Assembly: GCA_024653215.1 (NCBI GenBank)
Contig: JANLFU010000004.1
Location: 29,574-93,573 of the forward strand
Reading direction: 5' to 3'
Length of the DNA: 64,000 bases
Source of the DNA: Candidatus Saccharicenans sp.
GTDB lineage: Bacteria > Acidobacteriota > Aminicenantia > Aminicenantales > Saccharicenantaceae
Part shown: one piece after another, positions 30,801 through 38,891 of the stretch
Numbering within the stretch: the stretch's first letter is position 1
Layout of the letters: every line of letters starts with the position of its first letter
Made by a program: the position numbers and the translations under genes
The notes under the pieces: model-generated
What the model saw: the letters and a program-made list of their open reading frames with translations, nothing else
What the model was told of the DNA's origin: nothing
Database searches by the model: none

Positions 30801-30997
30801 TAAGCGGCAAAAACCCGCTCGGAATTAAGGCCTCATTTGAACCCGGGGATCAGTCATATGAAGTTGAGCTAGCTAAGCTTGGCGAGGAATTGAAAACTTG
30901 TCAAAAGGAAAACGAGAATCTTAAAATCGCGAAGCAGGCCCTAGATGAGTATCAGGGGCTGAAAACTTATAGTAAACCCGATGAATTTTTAAGATGA
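30767..30997 (+). CDS. Small helical ORF or frameshifted C-terminus of immunity protein 1
   Basis: Overlaps upstream ORF end; in-frame ATGA overlap at 30797-30800. Confidence 0.35.
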   Translation: MPFNIIESMGMISGKNPLGIKASFEPGDQSYEVELAKLGEELKTCQKENENLKIAKQALDEYQGLKTYSKPDEFLR

Positions 30998-31056
30998 ATA
31001 AGGGAGAGTTCATAATTGGAAGGTTAAATGATGTAAGATAAAACTTAGGGGCGAAG

Positions 31057-31974
31057 ATGGTGGCTGAGTACCAGCCGGCTTCGGGCAAATATTACTACTA
31101 CACCACCGACCAGATTAACTCCACCCGGGTGGTGACGGATGATGAGGGTAACGTGGTATATTCCGCGGTCCATGATCCCTATGGCGGGTTGCAGCAGACC
31201 TGGGTCAACACCTTCAACCCCGGGTGGAAATTTTCCGGTCATGAGCAGGACCCTGAATCCTCCCTTTACTACTTCGGGGCCCGCTACTACGACTCTACTC
31301 TCTACCGCTTCCTCTGCCCCGACCCGGCATTTAATGTCTCTCTAATGAAAAGCGATATGCAACATTGGAACCTTTATTCTTATTGCAGAGATAATCCCTT
31401 AAACTTCATAGATTTTACCGGTTTATATTCATTTACTGTTCATGTAAATATTATAAGGCTCAGCTATGGGGCATTAGTTCCTGATAGCAGACCAGATCAT
31501 ATGATATGGATGAGGGGTGTGGGCCTTACCCTGTATCCATCCGGCAAAATTACCCCAACAATTGGAGATAATGGCAAAGCTGAATTAAAATTTGAACTCG
31601 ACTGCCATATTTATATTTTGCCTGACGAGCAATTGAAAAATTTTGGAACAGATTATGCTTCGGTAATAAAGCACGAAATGACTTATCATAAGGAGTTCGT
31701 TGAATTATGGGTTAGCATGTCGCTAAGTCGCATAGAAAAAAAGTGGAGAGAAGAGATGAAAAAAGATCCCCAAGAGGCCCTAAAAAATGCTTATAAAAGA
31801 TTTGAAAAAACAACGAAAACAGCCGAATGGATAAGCAACATACTCCACTTCGCATCTTTAAATCTATATATGGAAGTGGTGGCATCTTATTGGGATGAAA
31901 TAGATCGTGATTGGCTCGCATGGAAATACGATCCATATATGGCCTGGCTTTTAATGGTTCCTTATGCAAATTAA
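31057..31974 (+). CDS. Orphan RHS-CT cassette 2: RHS core + zincin-like peptidase toxin
   Basis: RHS core repeat; NPLNFIDFTG junction; KHEMTYH motif; homologous to cassette 4 toxin. Confidence 0.75.
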   Translation: MVAEYQPASGKYYYYTTDQINSTRVVTDDEGNVVYSAVHDPYGGLQQTWVNTFNPGWKFSGHEQDPESSLYYFGARYYDSTLYRFLCPDPAFNVSLMKSDMQHWNLYSYCRDNPLNFIDFTGLYSFTVHVNIIRLSYGALVPDSRPDHMIWMRGVGLTLYPSGKITPTIGDNGKAELKFELDCHIYILPDEQLKNFGTDYASVIKHEMTYHKEFVELWVSMSLSRIEKKWREEMKKDPQEALKNAYKRFEKTTKTAEWISNILHFASLNLYMEVVASYWDEIDRDWLAWKYDPYMAWLLMVPYAN

Positions 31975-32013
31975 CCCGTTTCGAATGGGGTTGTGTATGA
32001 TGGAGAGCAAATT

Positions 32014-32424
32014 ATGAAAAAAGTTTTATCTATTCCCCTTATTACAATTATCATCCTTATTATTATCATTTTAGTTTATTGGATTTATGTATGGATCCAA
32101 GAAGATAGGTTAATGAAGAAGATAACCTCGATTGAAGAGGGGATGGATGAAGACGAAGTAATCCGGTTATTAGGGGAACCGAAGAGAGAAGTCCAGGTAA
32201 AAACTGATGAGATAACGAAGGGATGGTCAATACCCGGACAGGGGGATCTTGAAAGAGTGAAGAAAGAATATAAAGAGCTTGTAAGCTATGTGTATTATAT
32301 TAAAAGATACAACCTTATGAAATTGCGGGAACGGTTACCTGGGTCCATACACTCTATCTACATTGATCCGGCCTCAAGAAAGGTGGTATATGTGAAGAGC
32401 ATATTTATTATGTCTTATTGGTAA
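32014..32424 (+). CDS. Putative immunity protein 2 (N-terminal TM + SmpA/BamE-like domain)
   Basis: Long hydrophobic anchor; IEEGMDEDEVIRLLGEP motif. Confidence 0.65.
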   Translation: MKKVLSIPLITIIILIIIILVYWIYVWIQEDRLMKKITSIEEGMDEDEVIRLLGEPKREVQVKTDEITKGWSIPGQGDLERVKKEYKELVSYVYYIKRYNLMKLRERLPGSIHSIYIDPASRKVVYVKSIFIMSYW

Positions 32425-33098
32425 ATATGTTTATTAAAGATATATCTGAATCCTCCCTTTATTACTTCGGGGCCCGCTACTACGACCCCGCGCTCTACCG
32501 CTTCCTTAGCCCCGACCCGGTGATCCCAACTGACCGGGCCCTCTACAACCCGCAGCGGTGGAATCTGTATGGGTATTGTTTAAATAATCCTCTGAACCTT
32601 TGTGATCCCGACGGCAGGGCGAGTGATTATGTACATTATGACCTTACCTATAAATTAGCCTTGGAAGCTGGTATTCCTGAGGATGAAGCCCGAATTATTG
32701 CTGAGGCCAACCGTAATGTTGACAAGGATTGGCGGACAAGTTCATTTAATCCTCTGGGACGCAGATTTCATTACCCTGATGCTTTTACTCTAAATTGGGC
32801 TTTGGATATTGCGTATAACACGAAAGACCCAGTTATGCTTGGATTTGCGTTGCACGTAATTCAGGATGCAATCTGGCATTTTAATTGGTTATTTAATCCG
32901 CTGGGGCATTTAATAGAATCTGTAGGAGATAAGGTTTTTGATTGGATCTGTTCTAGGTTAGGCGTATATCCAGACATCGAATTTGATCCAGATAGCCCAT
33001 ACTCAGCTTTTATTTCGTTGGATATACTCTGGTGGGTGAGATATGTGACATTTGATATATTGCAGGATTATAAAGCAAGAAAAGAGGCTTGTCGTTAA
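32418..33098 (+). CDS. Orphan RHS-CT cassette 3 (5'-truncated core) + His-rich Zn hydrolase (phospholipase C/P1-like) toxin
   Basis: Core homology starts at about 32446 (ESSLYYFGARYYDP); NPLNLCDPDG; HYDLT, ANRNVD, FHY, LGFALHVIQD..WH. Confidence 0.65.
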   Translation: MVNMFIKDISESSLYYFGARYYDPALYRFLSPDPVIPTDRALYNPQRWNLYGYCLNNPLNLCDPDGRASDYVHYDLTYKLALEAGIPEDEARIIAEANRNVDKDWRTSSFNPLGRRFHYPDAFTLNWALDIAYNTKDPVMLGFALHVIQDAIWHFNWLFNPLGHLIESVGDKVFDWICSRLGVYPDIEFDPDSPYSAFISLDILWWVRYVTFDILQDYKARKEACR

Positions 33099-33117
33099 TG
33101 GATAAGAAGGTTGTGAA

Positions 33118-33684
33118 ATGAAACCGAGACTTAATTTAACAAACAGAAGGGTATTGTTATTCTTGTTATATTGGGGGTTTGGAATTAGCTTTTCTATCTT
33201 TGATGCAGCCTATGGGGTATTACTGATATTTTTCCCATGGGCTGCGTTGGTATTAGGGCTTTTAGTTCTACCGTCGATATTAATATCTAATAAGCTTGGT
33301 TTTCCAGACACCACTCTTCTTTTTGGTCGCATTGGTTTAGTAATGTCGTTATATTTCGTTGCCGTCCTATTCGTTGTGCTTAGTGTGCTTTATGTTTTTA
33401 TATTAAATCAACTAAATTTGAGCACAGGGAAGAACTCAAGGTATAAATTTCCTTGGCTGACTTTTTTATTCCATTTATCCGGGATTTTCTGTTCGATACC
33501 TCTATATATAGGTTTTATCAATTCAGATAAAGTAAATCTTTTACCTTTTGCCAAATATTATCAGATGTTTGCCTACCCGATCTTAGCGATGGCAACATTT
33601 TTATTTATTTATATTGACTGGCGGCTGGCAAGGGAAATAGCCGAAGATGAGAAACAAGAAGCGGAGAATAGGTCTCAGTTTTAG
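33118..33684 (+). CDS. Putative integral-membrane immunity protein 3
   Basis: About 5 hydrophobic segments; directly downstream of toxin 3. Confidence 0.6.
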   Translation: MKPRLNLTNRRVLLFLLYWGFGISFSIFDAAYGVLLIFFPWAALVLGLLVLPSILISNKLGFPDTTLLFGRIGLVMSLYFVAVLFVVLSVLYVFILNQLNLSTGKNSRYKFPWLTFLFHLSGIFCSIPLYIGFINSDKVNLLPFAKYYQMFAYPILAMATFLFIYIDWRLAREIAEDEKQEAENRSQF

Positions 33685-34516
33685 GAATCAAAAAATGATG
33701 ACTATTCTATTTCCTGAAAATGGGATTCGACAGACCTGGATGGGGGGCAAAGAGGCCGGAGCGAGTAATTCCGGAAAGGAGCAGGACCCTGAATCCTCCC
33801 TCTATTACTTCGGTGCCCGCTACTATGACCCCACGCTCTACCGCTTCCTCAGCCCCGACCCTCAACAGATACCTGCAATCGCTCGTTTTGAAATTAATCG
33901 ATTTAATAAATATTTTTTTGCTAATAATAATCCCATATCCTATTTTGAATTTAGTGGATTGTGGGCGATTATTCACAAAGAAACTAAGATTATTAACGCC
34001 AGCTATATGAGCTATCTGGGAAAAAGTATTGAAGGCAAGGATGTTTATATGAAAGGGTTTGGGATGACAAACGTCCTGCCCGAAGATTTGAAGATAGATC
34101 TATCTAAAGAAACAGGTATCACAGTTAGTGTGACCTTTACAATATTCATTTTAGCGAAAGAAGATATTCAGTGGAAGCAAGAAGACGCAATAGTAGGTCA
34201 TAATAACTACGAAAATGTACTCAGGCATGAGCTAACACATGTTTATGACATTCTTCTAATGGTGTCTTTAGCCCTGAACAAAATTGAGGCCCAGTGGAAG
34301 GCAGGAAAGATTTCTGATGAGGAGGCCAGAAAATTAGTTAATAAAGCCTTCATAAGGGCATCTAAAGCTTCAAGCAGCCTCAGAGATGACTGGGGAGTAG
34401 AATGGTTTAAGTGGCTCATCAATTGGTTTGAAGAACTGAAACCAGAACATAATTATTCAGCTTTTTGGGAATGGCTACTAACACCATATATTTATTTTCT
34501 TATGAAATGCAATTAA
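33647..34516 (+). CDS. Orphan RHS-CT cassette 4 (5'-truncated core) + HExxH zincin-like toxin
   Basis: Core homology from about 33770 (SGKEQDPESSLYYFGARYYDP); NPISYFEFSG; RHELTHVY; true start doubtful. Confidence 0.7.
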   Translation: MRNKKRRIGLSFRNQKMMTILFPENGIRQTWMGGKEAGASNSGKEQDPESSLYYFGARYYDPTLYRFLSPDPQQIPAIARFEINRFNKYFFANNNPISYFEFSGLWAIIHKETKIINASYMSYLGKSIEGKDVYMKGFGMTNVLPEDLKIDLSKETGITVSVTFTIFILAKEDIQWKQEDAIVGHNNYENVLRHELTHVYDILLMVSLALNKIEAQWKAGKISDEEARKLVNKAFIRASKASSSLRDDWGVEWFKWLINWFEELKPEHNYSAFWEWLLTPYIYFLMKCN

Positions 34517-34520
34517 TCCA

Positions 34521-34985
34521 ATGACTATAAAAATAAAGAAAAAAACGTTCATATTTATAATAGCGTTAGCGTTAGTTATTGGTGCTTTTGCATATTTGGG
34601 CATATTGGAAATGCTGGATAAAACTCTTGTCAGGCGAGCAGAGTTATTGAAAGCGGGGATGACAGAAAGTGACGTGGTAAATATCTTGGGAAAACCCCGG
34701 GAGTTCGAGCTTATAGACTTAAGAGTGGCAGAAAATAGAGGTCTGCCTAAGGCTATTTTGAGTCGGATTGAAAAATACAACCAGGCAATAAAATGGTGGG
34801 CATATTATGTGCCGGGATATCTAGTCAATCCACCGTTTCTTTTCCATCCAGGGCCTTACAGGACAATTGTTGTTGTCTTTATTGATCATAATGGACATGT
34901 GGTTCACTCAAGTATTGGTATAACAATTAGAAGAATAAAGCCTTTTGAATTACTAATGAAAGATCGCGATACAAATCAGAATTAG
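34521..34985 (+). CDS. Putative immunity protein 4 (N-terminal TM + SmpA/BamE-like domain)
   Basis: TM anchor; LKAGMTESDVVNILGKP motif; paralogous to immunity 2. Confidence 0.65.
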   Translation: MTIKIKKKTFIFIIALALVIGAFAYLGILEMLDKTLVRRAELLKAGMTESDVVNILGKPREFELIDLRVAENRGLPKAILSRIEKYNQAIKWWAYYVPGYLVNPPFLFHPGPYRTIVVVFIDHNGHVVHSSIGITIRRIKPFELLMKDRDTNQN

Positions 34986-35119
34986 TAATAAAGGGTCTAA
35001 AAATAGGGAAAACGTTTGCTTTGTAACTTTATCTAGGCTGTTTGAGTTCCAAGAATTTTGAAACAGAGATTGTGGATTGATATGATGGCTATGGGAATTG
35101 CCTGCGTGAGTATGTCTAC

Positions 35120-36034
35120 ATGGTGGCGAAGATGGTGGCTGAGTACCAGCCGGCTACGGGCAAGTATTACTACTACACCACCGACCAGGTTAATTCCACC
35201 CGGGTGGTGACGGATGATGAGGGTAACGTGGTGTATTCCGCGGCCCATGATCCCTATGGTGGAGTGCAGCAGACCTGGGTCAACACCTTCAACGCCGGGT
35301 GGAAATTTTCCGGCAAGGAGCAGGATGCCGAGTCAGGTCTCTACTACTTCGGTGCCCGCTACTATGACCCCACGCTCTACCGCTTCCTCAGCCCCGACCC
35401 GGCGATCCCCTCCGACCGGGCCATCTACAACCCGCAGAGGTGGAATTTATACGGGTATTGCCTGGGCAACCCGATAAATTATGTTGATATGGCCGGTGAG
35501 CAAGCAGAAAGCTCTCGAAAGCTGATAATAACCAGGACTATTTCTGGACCTACAGGAACGTTCGGTCGTTTTAAATTTGAGGGTAAATACATCACCATAG
35601 AAGGGGAGACGCTTGAACTTCCCTGGAGAAACAACATAAATTATATAAGCCGTATTCCTGAAGGGGAATACGAGGCGATATTACATTATTGGGATGATAG
35701 GGATATATGGGCCTTGTTGCTCCAAGACACTGGATCTCGTAAAGGGATTTACATCCACGAAGGGAACACGACAAAAAACACCAAGGGGTGTCCGCTTATT
35801 GGCCAGCGGTTTGATAACCAGGGGAGGCTATCAGGAGGCAGGGCACTTAGAGAGGCCATTACTGCTGATTATTTAATTGACCAGGTCTTAAGCGCCTGGT
35901 TTAATCTTGACAGGCTGAGCCGCACTGTTCAAAAGGCAACTGCTAAGATTGAAAGAGGGGAAGTGTATTCTGAGTGGGCATGGATTGGATTTACTCTAGT
36001 CATTAACGGCGTGCAATATTATTTTTATTTTTAA
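35120..36034 (+). CDS. Orphan RHS-CT cassette 5: RHS core + DUF5675-like toxin
   Basis: RHS core; NPINYVDMAG; GTFG, TLELPW, IPEGEY, IHEGNTTKNTKGCPLIG. Confidence 0.78.
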   Translation: MVAKMVAEYQPATGKYYYYTTDQVNSTRVVTDDEGNVVYSAAHDPYGGVQQTWVNTFNAGWKFSGKEQDAESGLYYFGARYYDPTLYRFLSPDPAIPSDRAIYNPQRWNLYGYCLGNPINYVDMAGEQAESSRKLIITRTISGPTGTFGRFKFEGKYITIEGETLELPWRNNINYISRIPEGEYEAILHYWDDRDIWALLLQDTGSRKGIYIHEGNTTKNTKGCPLIGQRFDNQGRLSGGRALREAITADYLIDQVLSAWFNLDRLSRTVQKATAKIERGEVYSEWAWIGFTLVINGVQYYFYF

Positions 36035-36048
36035 TAAGGGGAACAAGA

Positions 36049-36726
36049 ATGAAATGGCCAGGCCTAAAATATCTTAATTTTCTGATTGCGTTTCCAATAC
36101 TAATGATGTCGTTGACTTACCCTCTGGAGAATACGTCGGTCGCTTATCCAAACCAGGTTAATAAGATGCTAACCTTAGAAGAAGCAAAAGAAATTATAGA
36201 TATTTTCTTAAACGACCCAACTGAGGCAAACTTTAAGATTGTACAAGAGACGATATATCCTTTTCTGAGTGTAGTCGATCAGGAATCAACACCGTTTCAA
36301 GACAAATTGTTTTCTTATGTACTTACTCGGGAGCCGTTCTGGATTTTTGAGTATGAAATATTTGCGGGTAATAGGTTAATGGCCTTGTTTGCCAGGAGGC
36401 TCTTGGATGTTTCAGACGGGGCTTATGCGAGCATGTTGTTTAAACTGTTCGGAAAGTTGAGTCGCCTTAATCCCGAGTTATTCCTGACCATGTTTAAGGA
36501 TGACATAAAAAAGCCGGTTTTAGAATTGGCAGTTACAGAATCAATTTTTCTCGAGGGAACAGAAAAATATCAAAGATATGACAGGTATGATCTAATCCAG
36601 AGGATAAAAGCATTAAGGACGGTAACCAATCCGGAACTAAGAAATATAAGAGATTATTGCATCTTATTATTGGAAAGAGAATTGAAGGAAAACGGGCTAT
36701 ATCAGATGGGATATTCTCGTAAGTAG
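36049..36726 (+). CDS. Putative exported helical immunity protein 5
   Basis: Signal-like N-terminus; paralogous to immunity 6 (RIKALRTV..P..L..RDYCI.LLE). Confidence 0.65.
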   Translation: MKWPGLKYLNFLIAFPILMMSLTYPLENTSVAYPNQVNKMLTLEEAKEIIDIFLNDPTEANFKIVQETIYPFLSVVDQESTPFQDKLFSYVLTREPFWIFEYEIFAGNRLMALFARRLLDVSDGAYASMLFKLFGKLSRLNPELFLTMFKDDIKKPVLELAVTESIFLEGTEKYQRYDRYDLIQRIKALRTVTNPELRNIRDYCILLLERELKENGLYQMGYSRK

Positions 36727-36737
36727 AGTTTAGCCTA

Positions 36738-37592
36738 ATGATCTTAAGAGATTTTCCTTACACCGCCGACCAGGTTAACTCCACCCGGGTGGTGACGGAT
36801 GATGAGGGTAACGTGGTATATTCCGCGGTCCATGATCCCTATGGCGGGTTGCAGCAGACCTGGGTCAACACCTTCAACCCCGGGTGGAAATTTTCCGGTC
36901 ATGAGCAGGACCCTGAATCCTCCCTTTACTACTTCGGGGCCCGCTACTACGACCCCGGCCTCTACCGCTTCCTCAGCCCCGACCCGGTGATTCCCACCGA
37001 CCGGGCCCTTTACAACCCGCAGAGGTGGAATCTGTATGGGTATTGCCTCGGCAACCCGATAAATTTCGTAGATCCCTTCGGGGATATTACGATTAGAATA
37101 TGGCGGACACTTTATAACAATTATGCCACATATGGGGTTTATGAAATCGAGCTTGGAGACACGAGAATCTGGGGTTTTACAATGGAGCCGGCGAAGGGCA
37201 AGGGAAAAGGACCGATACCGGCAGGGATATATGAGGCTGACTGGTTCTATTCAGAAGAAAATAAAGAACTCAGGATTAAAATTAATGACATCCCGAACTT
37301 CAAAAACATAAGAATTCACAAAGGAAATTACCCTGGCGATACGACCGGATGCATTTTAGTAGGGAAAGATGTTAATACAGGAGGCGATCTGTTAGGCTCG
37401 GGAAAAGCGATGGCAGAAATAAGAGGGGGAATTATGGATTATCAGATGGGTGCTCTGAAAGAATATATAGCTGATGGCGAATTAGATCTTGAACTTTTGC
37501 ATCGGATTTTTGATATGCAAGTTATCATATATGATATTCCGAAGGGTAGCGTAACGGTAGAAGTTACATCTATACGCTATCTTATGTATTAA
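36738..37592 (+). CDS. Orphan RHS-CT cassette 6: RHS core + DUF5675-like toxin
   Basis: Core from about 36758; NPINFVDPFG; ATYG, TMEP, IPAGIY, IHKGNYPGDTTGCILVG. Confidence 0.78.
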   Translation: MILRDFPYTADQVNSTRVVTDDEGNVVYSAVHDPYGGLQQTWVNTFNPGWKFSGHEQDPESSLYYFGARYYDPGLYRFLSPDPVIPTDRALYNPQRWNLYGYCLGNPINFVDPFGDITIRIWRTLYNNYATYGVYEIELGDTRIWGFTMEPAKGKGKGPIPAGIYEADWFYSEENKELRIKINDIPNFKNIRIHKGNYPGDTTGCILVGKDVNTGGDLLGSGKAMAEIRGGIMDYQMGALKEYIADGELDLELLHRIFDMQVIIYDIPKGSVTVEVTSIRYLMY

Positions 37593-37610
37593 AGAGAGGG
37601 GGACGTCAAG

Positions 37611-38294
37611 ATGATGCTGGATTTTATAAAAGCCTTATCAAAGCTCTTATTAACTTCATTTTTTCTTCTTTTAATATCCGATTTAATGATTGCTCAGGCA
37701 GGAGCGGGGGGCGCACAAGATGCAATCATTCTTGATTGGGATAAGTTAAGGTCAGCGGTACAGAGATACAATTTAAAGCCGAACGAGGATAATGCGAGGG
37801 CGATATTAGAATCGATTCCTGAAAAAATGCCTGATAAGCAGGTTGGGGATGATGAACGTGCTTTAGATTATATGCTTGATAAGAGTCCAATAATTAAGAA
37901 GCAGATTGAGTCGGGGAATGAGTATCTGGCTGAAGCTGCATTCAGAATGTATTTTATTGTGCTTCCTGGTGATGCTCTGGAAGAGCTTACCTTAATGCTC
38001 TGCAAGATGCTGGAAAAGAAGCCCGAGCTATATCTTAGCTTGTTAAAAAAATATAAACCTCAATTTCCATGGTATCTCGAGTACCCATTGCTGATGACCG
38101 AGTTTGATGAAAAATTTGATGCAGAGCCCGATGGCCGGATTAGGCGTGACATTAAGATATATCGGCGGCGGATAAAGGCCTTAGAGACAGTGGACTGTCC
38201 TATATATTTAGATTTAAGGAATGAATGCATAAAGATTTTGGAAAAAGAGATTAGTCTGTTTGAATCGAAACTAAAAATTGAGTTGACTTCTTAA
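37611..38294 (+). CDS. Putative exported helical immunity protein 6
   Basis: Signal peptide ending about MIAQA; C-terminal RIKALETVDCPIYLDLRNECIKILE. Confidence 0.65.
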   Translation: MMLDFIKALSKLLLTSFFLLLISDLMIAQAGAGGAQDAIILDWDKLRSAVQRYNLKPNEDNARAILESIPEKMPDKQVGDDERALDYMLDKSPIIKKQIESGNEYLAEAAFRMYFIVLPGDALEELTLMLCKMLEKKPELYLSLLKKYKPQFPWYLEYPLLMTEFDEKFDAEPDGRIRRDIKIYRRRIKALETVDCPIYLDLRNECIKILEKEISLFESKLKIELTS

Positions 38295-38295
38295 T

Positions 38296-38715
38296 ATGCC
38301 AGAGGGAATTCCGTTCGCAATAAGCCAGAATAAATTCAAGATCGTGGAGAGGCTGGGTGCTTTTGAGAGGGTAAGGGAAAGGTTAAGAATCAGGTGGGAA
38401 GAAGCCGGGGTAGATGGGTCTATTTCAGGCTACAGGCCTTCAAGTGGGGCGGCCATTGACAGGCTGAAGAGGATGGATGGCTCAAAGGTAGGCTCGGGCG
38501 GGGACTTACGGACGATGTCTGTGGGGACCGTCGGGATATATTACATCTATGCCTTTGACGGGAGGCTTCTGGCTGAGTATGATGGATATGGGGATTGCCT
38601 GCGTGAGTACATCTACATAGGGGCGAAGATGGTGGCTGAGTACCAGCCAGCTACTGAAAAGTATTACTACTATACCACCGACCAGATTAACTCCAGCGGG
38701 GGTGGTTCTATGTAA
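38296..38715 (+). pseudogene. RHS fragment lacking a C-terminal toxin
   Basis: YYIYAFDGRLLAEYD...YYYYTTDQINS then abrupt loss of core homology at 38695. Confidence 0.7.
38548..38695 (+). repeat. Right copy of 148-bp RHS-core direct repeat
   Basis: Near-identical to 28452-28599. Confidence 0.9.
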
Positions 38716-38830
38716 AACAACGCAATATTCTTGCTGGCGCTTTTTATCGCCGTCAGTGGCCCTGAAAGATGTACAGGAAGGGCCGGTAAATTTAAGCCAG
38801 AATAAATAGGCCAGAACAATATAATCGTGC

Positions 38831-38885
38831 TTGACAAATTGCGTAAATAGGCATAGTATGTCGATAAATAGTCGACATACTATGC
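38831..38885 (+). promoter_or_regulatory. abiE promoter with perfect 14-bp inverted-repeat operator
   Basis: TTGACA 38831-38836, TAGTAT 17 nt downstream; GCATAGTATGTCGA-taaatag-TCGACATACTATGC (38851-38885). Confidence 0.75.
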
Positions 38886-38891
38886 AGAAAA

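Noticed and set aside
28452..38695. CRISPR array, integron or diversity-generating retroelement as explanation of the repeats
   Set aside because: Repeats are long, coding RHS core; no cas, integrase/attC or reverse transcriptase; differences are not adenine-specific
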